Under the pieces are notes generated by a model that saw nothing but the letters and a program-made list of their open reading frames with translations, did not search any database and had not been told where the DNA came from. From Sphyrna mokarran (Eukaryota), in assembly GCA_024679065.1 (NCBI GenBank), contig JAGIQG010000040.1, forward strand, positions 9,176,001 to 9,240,000: a DNA stretch of 64,000 bases. Reading direction: 5' to 3'. A program made the position numbers and the translations under genes. How positions within the stretch are numbered: the stretch's first letter is position 1; every line of letters begins with the position of its first letter. Below, piece after piece: positions 1-10,110 of this stretch.

Positions 1-763
1 TGTGGATTAATTGCCTAGTGATAATAACGCTAGGCCATTGCTTCCCTTCTTCTTATAGCCAGTCCCAAATTACAGTGATAGGTATCCACATCTGAAATAC
101 AATCATCGCAGCATTAAGTTGCATAAATCTAGAATAATTTCTCTAATATTTTTGCTGCGATGTGTTAGAGACACCGCATTATTGCAAATCAGACTGACGT
201 CTTAACCCTGACAATGTCATCTGATAATGTTCCCTTGTGAAGGGGTGCAGAAGTAAAGGCACTTAATTTACAATGAAATTGCTTCTTTTCTATAACAAAT
301 GCTCAAATGCAATTTCACCTCTTACATTAGCAGAGCCATGACAATGGATTTCATTGTTACTGCCTCGGTGTTAGTCTGTTTTTGGAATGTCGCATTGTCA
401 GCAATCAACTCACCGGGAATAATCCTTGAGGTGTTTCTTATATTTTATTTGATTTCATTTGACTTATTATCGCATATTATTGTTTCTTGCGCACTGTATT
501 GTCAGAGCAGAACGTATATAGGGAAGCATGGGAGAGGGTGAATAATGTAATTTTGCAGTCAGAGCTGGGCTGTAAGGAAAGATCAACTTAATGTGACGTA
601 GGCCATTCATACGCCTGATTGCAGCATGAAATAAATTATTTTTGAGTCTGTTTGTAAGTTTCCTCAGACTTTTGTATCTTGTTGCCGATGGAAAAAAAGA
701 CAGAGAGTGTATGTCGGGAGATCATGCCATTTTTTTTGCATAGGATTTTAGATATTTTTGCAA

Positions 764-1258
764 GTGTCAAATCGGAGGTTGTGTTGACTCTGCGCCCCTC
801 AGACTCTTTGAGACTGACCTGCAAAGCCAAAGCGATCAATACTGGCAGTCACTGGATGGTCAGGATCCGACATGTCCTGAACAGTGTTTACAGTGTTTTC
901 TTCAGTTCGATTGTCTTGGTTCAACCTACAATTCCTCCCCTCAGAAACCCAGAATCTATTTACTCCGCCCAAAGACACTTCAAACAACGTAAAGAGAAAA
1001 TGCTGGAAAATCTAAACAAGTCTGGTAGCATCTGTAAGGAGAGAGGAGAGCTTACTTTTCGATTTCAGGTGACCCTTTGTCAAAACTTTGTCAGAAGGTT
1101 ATCTGGATTCGAAATGTCAGCTATTTTCTCTCCTCACAGAAATTACCAGGCCTGCTGAGATTTTCCAGTATTTTTCTCTTTAGATTTCAATTCCAGAATT
1201 CGTAGTATATATTGCTTTTATATTTCTCTTTGGAAATAACTAGAAACCAAAGATTCCT
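764..1258 (+). pseudogene. Decayed IgH VH pseudogene interrupted by a foldback insertion
   Basis: Aligns to the VH at 7307: VKSEVVLT-LRPSDSLRLTCKAKAINTGSHWMVRIRHV, FR3 piece ccaaagacacttcaaacaac (969-988), and ttctctttggaaataactag after the 990-1220 insertion. Acceptor is mutated (ttgcaa), FR1 has a deletion, and no YYC or RSS is recognisable. Confidence 0.85.
990..1220. mobile_element. Penelope-like-element-derived palindromic (foldback) repeat
   Basis: Arms aagagaaaatgctggaaaatct... and ...agattttccagtatttttctctt are inverted about ~1085. The same sequence begins the Penelope fragment at 44441. Confidence 0.75.
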
Positions 1259-1939
1259 GTCTTTATCCTGTCTGTCCGACATAGACTCCAGTTCCACTGT
1301 GATGAAAATGACTCTTAGCAACTACTGAAATTGCCACTCATGTGTATCAAAGCTGCTGTAGAAAATCAAACAATAAAACCCTATCTCCAGAAGGATGGTT
1401 TCAACAAGGTGGTTCACAATCGCCTTCTCAGCAGGCACAATTAAATGTTACTTCTGTCAGTGACTCTCACATCCAGACAATCAATAACAACAGGGTAAAG
1501 TGCTGCCTATTGTGGAAATCTTAAACTCAAACAACACAATTGCTACTCAGCTGGTCAGTGAGCACCAGCAGATAGAGAACCAGATTCACATTTAAGATCG
1601 ATGCCAGGATGCGAAATCTCATTGATATAATTCTAAAGAGCAAAGTTGTGCTCCCCAATATCCTACCTTCATGCTGATTCTTCAAACAAAATCACACATT
1701 TACTGACAATTTATCACATTTCGTTTTGTGTGAGTTTGTTATACATAAATTACTTGCTGTATTTGCTTCATGACATCAGTGACTAAATTCAGCAAAGGTA
1801 CATCAGGAAGTTTTAAGAACATGAATTCGTTAAATTCGTTGTTTGATAAATGTAAGCTCTAGCGAAATGAAACTTGTAATATGTTGGGAGTGCTGAGATA
1901 CGAATATATTCATTCCTCTGCCTGATCATAACAGCACAA

Positions 1940-2410
1940 AAGCATAGAATCCAGTGCAGTGCAGTAGGAGACCATTCTGTCCAAGATGTCTGCAGCTGCT
2001 CTCCAATAGAGCATCAGCTTTCACCTTATCCCGACATCCTCACATATTCACAGGTTAATGTTCCTAAGCTACACATCGTTGGGCACTAAGGGGCAATTTA
2101 AAATCGCCAATCCACCTTGGGCCAGGCAATGATGCCTTGCTGGACAACTGGTGCAGATTTGATGGACCGAATGGTCTTCATCAGCACTGTAGGGATTCTG
2201 TGATTCTATGTTACTCATACTTGGACTGAAAGGAGCGAATTATCAGGCCAATCCACCTAATCTGTACATTCTTCCACTGTGGAAGAAAATCGGATCACCC
2301 CGAAGAAACTCACATGGACATGATAGAATATGGAAACCACACACAGACAGTCACTCAAGGTTGGAATCGAATCCGTTTCCCTGTGACTGTGAGGCAGCAA
2401 TGCTAATTAT
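1940..2410. mobile_element. Cluster of V-SINE (HE1-like) and LINE-tail fragments
   Basis: V-domain-like sequence (gccaatccacctaatctgtacatt...ggaaaccacacagacagtcactcaagg) and a gattctgtgattctatg tail. Confidence 0.65.
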
Positions 2411-3239
2411 ATCTGTCAGTGACAAGCACAATGTTTTTTTTTACTCTTCCCTCATGTGAATCTGATTACTATTTGTAACAGGAATAGTTCACGCATCAGT
2501 TCTCTTTGTTTTAACTTGTCTAGTTGAAGAAAATTGGATCATCGATCAATTTAACATTCAGTGGAATACCAGCCTGTTCACAAATACTTTATTTAGTGTG
2601 ACATCAGATCTTCCAAAGCAGATTCTTAAATAGAATATATATATATTTATTTAATTAAATAACATCTGGCGAAATGTATGTTAAAAAAGGTTCCTATTCA
2701 TTTTGAATCAACCCATCATAGTCTGAAAATAAACCATTATTTTGTGTTGAAACTGATCAATAAGTGACAGTTATCTGGTTTTGCTGTCATGAACATTTCA
2801 TTGTAAACAGTGAACTTTTTATGTAAATAAATACAGAAATAGAAATCTCAGATTAGATTGTTGACTGACAAAAACGCAACAAATATTTCCTCACCGACAC
2901 AGCACAGAAATAGAGACAGCCCCCATGCAAATCAATTAACGGATTCCAGAAATGATAGTTATTTCTATATTATTCATTCATCAATTATATGAAGAAAAAA
3001 ATCATGACAATATCTATGTCCAGAATTAGGGCAAAAATCGCTCTGATCCCGAAATATAATAAGACGGCAAATGTCTTCATGGAAATTTCCCATGTTTCAT
3101 TTCTCTCTCTCTGTCTTTTTCCTGTCTGGTTCTGTTGTTTGTCCCTTCACGATAGTTCATCGTCTTCACTCCACAACCTGAATTCAATGTTGTCCAATGT
3201 ATTCTCTCAGCTAGAGTTAAAAGGAATGTAATGTAAAGA

Positions 3240-3860
3240 ATTAGAATCCACGAGGGAGATTTACTCAAAGAAAGATATCTTGAGGATTCTAGGATCTTAG
3301 GATATTTTATACATTTTCCTCCACATCTAATCTGTGTTGTACCTCGTAACAAGGATTCAATGTGGCCTATCAAAAAAAAAAATCCCTTATTTATCCCTGC
3401 CCTTTCGCTGTTTGACTGGACAGTGTGGAGGAATTTTTACTCTGCATCTAAACTGACGTGCCTGCCCTTTGAATGTTTAATCCGTACCTAATCTCTGCTG
3501 TATCTGAACTAGTATATTTTATGGGACTGTTTGAAGAGCTCTTCCCCTCTACTGAACACGAATTCAAACTTGTCTCCCAAATCTCTAAAGGGAAAATGCA
3601 GAAGTGGTTTTACCTAAAAGATATTTCCTCGCTTATATACCTTCATTGTGTTTGACCAGACTCTGTATATGGGGTTTTGCTCTGCTTCTAGACAGTCGAG
3701 AAGCAGAGTGAATGTTTTCCAGGAATGTTTGATTTTGAAAATGAGAGGCAGATTCACTTTGTACCTAACTCATGCTATCCCTGCCTTGGGAGTATTATAT
3801 TTGGCAATGCAGGGGTAATTTTACTCCATGTTACTCCTGTCCTGTGAATCTTTGATGGGG
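3240..3860. repeat. Degenerate satellite-like repeat (~60-70 bp units)
   Basis: Recurrent motifs gaggga..tttactctg.atcta, cctgccctt and tttgatggg. Confidence 0.45.
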
Positions 3861-4899
3861 CCGTAGGCCGTTTCTCCAAATTTCATGGGGACGAAACCGG
3901 TCACTTTATTAGACAGTAATTTTACCCCGTGTCAGCTTTTATTATATAAGGTAATACCTTTGTTTATGTTGCACTAGACCTCTACACATATTAAACGAGA
4001 TGCTCTCTCTGATTATACTAAATTAGACTCTATCCCTGTTGAGATTATATATCAACATGTTTCAGTTTATATCAAACTAGATGCTGTATCCGTTTATATC
4101 AATTCAGCCTGTATCTGTTTTATTAAACTAAATGGTGTCTTATTTCTGCAGTTGACCCTATCCACGTTTATATTTCATTGGACATGGTCTCTGGTTTTAC
4201 TGCACTGGACAATGTCAATACTGAGGAAAGTGTTTGCGGGAACATTATTCTCTGCATCATCTTAAATATGGAACGCCATGAGGTCTTGGATACCTGGAAA
4301 AGAAACAGGGCTATCTGAAATCTACTTCTGCTAACTGCATTGAAAATAGGTACCAAGACTCGTATAGCATGCACTGTCAACACAGAACAAAGGACAAAGT
4401 AAGTTACAGCAAAGGAACAGGCTCTTCAACCCTGTACTGACCAAATATTGTCGATCCAATATCTCCGTTTCAGAATCCTGCCAAATGCTGATGTTTCTAA
4501 TCAAATATTTTATCTCTTCTTCTCGTAGAACCGCGGGGTAATGCAGGCATTGTACAATCAGATGCACAGTTAAGTGTAGGAATAACACTGACACAGTCTA
4601 ATGAAATAGACACCGCATCAGGATCAAATATTACACAACCAGAGAGGGTGCCTAGAGCAAAATAAACTGACAATATGAACAGGGGCAGACTTTATTTGAA
4701 CATAATTGGGGCTCTGGTCAAACAAAATTGAAATGCGTTAGCTCCGAGTGTCACATGGTGACGGTGAAAGTTCAAATCTGATGTTTTCAGTGACACCCAC
4801 ATACCATGCAAGAAGTATTTCAAATATTTATGACAATGTCAGGAGAACTGAGACTGTGCGTTGTGCAGTTTTACTGGATATAATGGTTGGAAGATATAA

Positions 4900-5180
4900 A
4901 ATGAAACAGAGCCCAGTAATAATTACTAATACAGATCAGAAACAGATATAAACTGAGACAAATTCCAGTGTATTTGCAATGATAACTGATACACGACAAA
5001 AACAGACATAAACTGAGACAAAGCTCAGTGTATTTGCAATGATTACTGGTATAGTGCCTAGACTGATGTACACAGAAACAGAATTCAATTTATTTGTAAT
5101 AATTACTGATATAGGACCTTAACTGATACACACTGAGGTGCAATTTAAAGGTATTGCAAAATGCAATAGTAACTGAAAAG
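4900..5180. repeat. 60-bp tandem repeat, ~4 degenerate copies
   Basis: aacagatataaactgagacaaattccagtgtatttgcaat at 4941 recurs at 5001, with weaker copies at 5061 and 5121. Confidence 0.75.
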
Positions 5181-6456
5181 TGGCATTGTCTTAAATAGAC
5201 AAATGCATGGACTGATTCAGAGTGAATGTGAACAGGATCTAGTTTATCAAACTATAATGAACTATTAGCATAATAACTGCTACATCTGTAATGTATGAAG
5301 GCAGTTGGTCCAATTTAGTTTACAGTGGGAAAAGTTCTGAGACAGTAATAATTGAGACAAGGCCTCTTGTCAAATAAGTAGATGCATGGTCAGTGCAACT
5401 ATAATTTAGAAATCATAACAGAAGCAGGGCCTGTGCCTCATATAGGAACACGCAATATTGAGCCGAGTATGGGAAAAACTTAGATATAACCTCCAAATGT
5501 GATCCAAGCACAGTATAATGTAATACAGACAGAGTCAGATGTGAGCTTAATATAGGCAGCCATTTAAACAATAATTATTTATTCCCACAATAAGAACACG
5601 TTTAAATCGTAATGATTCTAATCAAATATTTTCTTTAATGCCCTGTTCATTGTGTGAGTAAATAGCATCGGAAAACAATAAACAGATCAGATGCTGTTTC
5701 ACTTGTATAACTTTCGAGTAAATGCCATTCCAATAATTAAAACCTGTTTGAGAACAACTTCACAAAGTGCGAAAGAGAGGGATGTTGATGATCACAATTT
5801 CCCAACCTAATGAGATCAGTGTAATAGCAAAATTATTTTTTAAAAATTCATAAAACTGCCTTGAACACAGGGGACTGCTGAAATATAATGAAAATTCTGC
5901 ACCTCATTTAAGCGACAGCGTTTCTTACACCTGAATAGCACTGCATTTTTTACAGTGTAACCTGAATTCGATTATTTAACAAACCCTCTCATAGTCGCCA
6001 ATGAGTAGATAATTGATTAATTCATAACCTGGTTGAACTGAACATAAAATTATTTTCGTGATCGTGTTTAATGTGCCAAAAAGCCCTGATATCCTGTGTT
6101 CCCAATACCAGTCAATGTTATACAGCTGGTGGCCAATATAATGAGCTGTATTGTGTTAGATGCTGAAGGAGAACTTTACTGATCGCCATGTGCATTCCAA
6201 TTCATTAAATTCTCTGTTTCTCTGTCAGCTCACTCTTTAATTGTCTAGCAGGCAGGTTTGTTTTACCCCTAATTCACACAGAGCTGCCTTACGCTCAGAG
6301 ACGTTTTGAGAAATGTCAGCAGACACTATATAATGCGAAGAAACTCGTGTTATTTTCAAACCCAAAATGTACAATGATAGCCATCCACACTGTAAGTAGA
6401 ATGTCTTTGTTCATCCGCCACATTTAGTTACAGAAATCGATAACAATTCCTCTTAT

Positions 6457-6632
6457 CATAGAATCCCGACGGTGCAGAAAGAGGTCATTTGAACCATCGA
6501 ACCCGCAGAGATAACAATCCCACGCAGGCCCTGTCCTATCCCCGTAACCACACATATTTACCCTGCTAAGTCTCTTGACATTAAGGGACAATTTGTCATG
6601 GCCAGTCAATCTAACCCGTACATGTTTGGACT
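6457..6632 (-). mobile_element. V-SINE (HE1-like) 3' fragment
   Basis: catagaatccc...gaggtcatttgaaccatcga...gggacaatttgtcatggccagtcaatctaacc; same family as 14757-14935. Confidence 0.65.
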
Positions 6633-6966
6633 GATAAATTATGCTTTATTATTGTAATGTGATAGAATTATTGCAAAATGGACTGATGGCCTCTTTATTT
6701 TCTGAAAGTGTAATTTCATCATTTTTAGATTTGATTTCTTGTTTTTGGCGTGGGGAAGAAAAGAACCATATTTACAATGCTATTAGTGTTTTTTTTAAAT
6801 AAAGAAATGACAAATTGAAATATCATTATTAGAAATAGTGGAGACATTACAATGAATTGATTCAGCCAAACAAATATCTCGATACAGATAAAATGTCAAC
6901 TTCAATGTTAACCGATTGTAAATCTCGGAGTCCGTTCTGTTGGGGGTGTGGAAGGTGGGACATGGA

Positions 6967-7040
6967 TCCAGGCGCCGCCTCCAGCAGGGAATCAACAGGC
7001 GGCGTCTGGAAAGCCGCCCCCTTCTGCCGGGTATTTAAAT
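6967..7040 (+). promoter_or_regulatory. VH promoter: GC-rich inverted repeat, GC box and TATA-like box, no octamer
   Basis: Inverted repeat 6967-6980 / 6997-7010, CCGCCC at 7014-7019, TATTTAAA at 7032-7039, about 95 bp upstream of the ATG. Confidence 0.65.
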
Positions 7041-7130
7041 ACCGCTCATTGGGACCGGAATCCAACAGTCCGGGAGCTGGTTTGTTCACTGAGTTCCTGA
7101 CACAACCATTTCCCCCAGATCACCAGAAAG

Positions 7131-7176
7131 ATGAGGTCGGCGATTTCTCTCAGTTTGTTGTTGACTTTCTTATCGG
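7131..7176 (+). CDS. IGHV: IgH leader exon (MRSAISLSLLLTFLSG)
   Basis: Hydrophobic signal peptide followed by a phase-1 donor gtgagt at 7177. Confidence 0.93.
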
Positions 7177-7306
7177 GTGAGTGTTATTTTATTGTCCAAA
7201 TCTCTCACTGTCACTGTCTCCCTGTTCGTGTATCACTGAAATGTTTCAGAAACAGCAGTCATTTCATCAGGATTAATCCTCATTTTTTTAAAATATATTT
7301 TTGCAG

Positions 7307-7614
7307 GCGTCCAGTCGGAGATTGTGTTGACTCAGCCAGAGGTAGAGACCGGGCGTCCCGGGGGCTCCCTGAAACTGACCTGTAAAACCAGCGGCTTTGA
7401 TCTTGGCAGCTACTGGATGTCTTGGATCCGGCAGGTTCCTGGACAGGGACTGGAATGGCTGGTTAACTATTATAGTCCATCCAGCAACAACAGCTACGCC
7501 CCATCAATTAAAGATCGATTTACTGCGTCCAAAGACACTTCAAACAACATCTTCTCTTTGGAGATGACGAGCCTGAAGACCGAAGACACCGCCATCTATT
7601 ACTGTGCGAGAGAC
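7307..7614 (+). CDS. IGHV: IgM heavy-chain VH segment
   Basis: Acceptor ttgcag at 7306. Open frame [11 protein letters not shown]...LTCKTSGF...WIRQ...GLEWL...[10 protein letters not shown] with both Cys and the core Trp. Confidence 0.97.
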
Positions 7615-7653
7615 CACAGCGAGAGAAACCAGGGCTGGACCCGAACAAGAACA
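7615..7653 (+). other. V 3' RSS, 23-bp spacer
   Basis: CACAGCG (7615-7621), 23 nt, ACAAGAACA (7645-7653). Confidence 0.9.
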
Positions 7654-7970
7654 GCTCGAGAGGGAATTCAGCAACTTCCAACATAACCTGAAGGTAAATA
7701 TCTGTTTTAAATGTAATATTAACGACAGAGGTCAGAACTAAACCATATTTTTTAAAAGTAAAGAAGAAAGCATTTAACAGTACAATTTAACAATCTTAAC
7801 GATATTAATGGGGTGAACTTTTCACTGACTTTATATTTATTGTAGTTTCAGCAAGTACAGCGCTGAATATATTAACTATTTTAACATTTCTGATAGATTA
7901 TGAACAGTTGCCTACATTTTAAATTAGAACAGAACTAATGGTCCATTTGAAATGAAATGAAAGTGAGTGC

Positions 7971-8049
7971 AATTTTTCTCCGGGCCTGTGTCACTGTGAT
8001 TCTATGGGAGTCACAATGCTTAACAAATTGACATCCTCATACAAAAAGC
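7971..8049 (+). other. IGHD: D1 segment (7999-8011, ATTCTATGGGAGT) with 5' RSS-12 and 3' RSS-22
   Basis: AATTTTTCT-12-CACTGTG (7992-7998); CACAATG (8012-8018)-22-ACAAAAAGC (8041-8049). Confidence 0.92.
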
Positions 8050-8350
8050 TCAATGAGTTTGCTTCAAATTGTGATCTATGCCACTGCCGAATGCCAAACT
8101 AACTGAGGGTTCAACAAGATAATAGGTAGAATCAGCATTTTTTTAAGATATAAAACACTTCAACTTTATTGTTATTGATTTACATGTTGAATGTGCTCAG
8201 TGAGTATAAAAGTTTCTAACCACCTTTGTCATTACAATGACCAGTTAAAAAAATGAAATATCTCACTGATCTACTCTTAACGAGATGGAAACAGGCTTTT
8301 GAAATAGCAGTGAAATTAATTATCTGCATTTTAAATTAACAGTCTGCCTC

Positions 8351-8418
8351 AGTATTTGTCATGCTGTGTCTCACTGTGATAACTGGATGGCACAGCAGTT
8401 ACTGTCAATACAAAAACT
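8351..8418 (+). other. IGHD: D2 segment (8379-8390, ATAACTGGATGG) with RSS-12 on both sides
   Basis: AGTATTTGT-12-CACTGTG (8372-8378); CACAGCA (8391-8397)-12-ACAAAAACT (8410-8418). Confidence 0.92.
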
Positions 8419-8737
8419 CCTCAGCACTGACTGACTGAAGCTGGATCAGTGTCACTTTTAACTTCCAACTGTAATCACAGTACAGTATTATTTATATCCA
8501 GTACTGACCGCATGACAAGAATGAAAATGGAAAATCGCGATAATTACTCAATTAGCAGTTGGTGTTTTCAACATGTTCATGTATTCCGTGAAATATAAAA
8601 CATTAGGGTCATTTATGAGTGGCAAATGGTATCCAGAAATCCAATTACATTTTAATGAGCATTAATTGACTTTGATTTTCTTCTGGTTTGTGAATATTCA
8701 AAATAATGGTGATTTTCTATCTATTTTTTGCAGGGAC

Positions 8738-8776
8738 GGTTATTGTATGACACAGCCCAGAGAATGTGACATTGTG
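8738..8776 (+). other. J 5' RSS, 23-bp spacer
   Basis: GGTTATTGT (8738-8746), 23 nt, CATTGTG (8770-8776). Confidence 0.9.
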
Positions 8777-8824
8777 CCCACTTCAATTACTGGGGACAAG
8801 GAACCATGGTGACGGTGATTGCAG
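8777..8824 (+). CDS. IGHJ: JH segment (HFNYWGQGTMVTVIA)
   Basis: WGQG motif and phase-1 donor gtaaga at 8825. Confidence 0.96.
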
Positions 8825-9069
8825 GTAAGAACCATGCACTTATTGAATAGCTGGCTTACATAAGCCTTTGTTTTATATTTTTGTCTATACTAATAGTTCA
8901 TTTGTTTACATAGATGTGGGTTTAATGGATCCTGGATCGTACATTTTTACAATGTTTCTTTGTGATTTTGCTACAAAGGAGTTTTAGAATTCCGCTGTTT
9001 CTTGACAGTAGGTGCTGCTGAGGGATTCAATCTCTCGATGTTGTGATTTTCTGTTTATATGTTGAGGTT

Positions 9070-10110
9070 ACTGTATGGCTGGGTTGCTTTAAATGCCAAA
9101 CGTCTTTTCAGCGTTTCTGCAATGTTTAATCTCGGTGACATCTAGTGGCTGCGCGTTGTATTGTCAACTGCACAAGTACTTGAAATCTAACCCACCATTT
9201 TTTAAAAAAGTTCTAAAATTTCTAAACTTATTCAGTGAAAATGTTCCACTCAGTTACAGTCATGGTGCTGCTATGCAATATTTCCTGGTTATTGTAAATA
9301 TTAATTACTTTGGTAATGGGCGAATTGGCTGTAATTTATATTAAGTATTTGTGTCAATGTTACATCTGATTCTGTTGAAAGTGGTTGCCGAATTGTGCGG
9401 CTCCTGCATGAAGCGGGGTTCAGACTCTCAGTGGTGTTTTTTTTTTCTGGTGAGGAGATTATGTATCTGGATGACTTTAAATACGTAAAGTTTGTGAATT
9501 ATTTCGGAGTTTCTGCATTTTTTTGAACTTAGTGACACTGAGCTGTTATACGTTTTGTGATTAAATACCAAAATTCTGCGGGTTTGCAACTGTTTGATGC
9601 ATGACTGCAGACAGAATCAGGCAGGCTGTATTGTATTTGTATTTTTAAAATCATAATTGATAACGGTTTATACCACTCGTTCAGAACATAGTTTCTCACT
9701 GCATTTACATTTTGGGGTACCTGCAATGTTTAATCTCGGTGGCATTTGATGGCTGGAACTTTTATCATCCAAATGTTTAAATATGTTTGAAATATCACCC
9801 AGTATGAATAAAATGTGATAAAGTTGTTATACTAATTTGTTGGACACATTCTACCTCGCAATGCTGCTGCTATTATTCCAGATTTCTGTTTAGTTTAATA
9901 ATTGGTTAAAAGCTGGCTTACTGGATTCGATAATGAGATTTTTTTTTGCAATATTACGTTTGATTCTGTTGAATGGATAATTGAGCTGCTTTTCCGTAAA
10001 CGGATTCATTCCCTCATTGATGTGTTTTGTTGTGTTTCTGCTGAGGAGATTATGTTGTGCAGTCATTGTGAATGTTTAAAATTCGTGAAATAGTTTGGCT
10101 TTTTGACATT
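9070..10110. repeat. Degenerate ~600-bp tandem duplication in the J-C intron
   Basis: gcaatgtttaatctcggtg at 9119 and 9723; gaggagattatgt at 9452 and 10043. Confidence 0.7.

Noticed and set aside
679-1158. 159-aa ORF as a functional gene
   Set aside because: Chimera of pseudo-VH and repeat sequence with a mutated acceptor and lost core residues.
2925-2932. Perfect octamer ATGCAAAT
   Set aside because: 4.2 kb from the VH start and expected by chance; another copy lies in the GPCR A intron near 33425.
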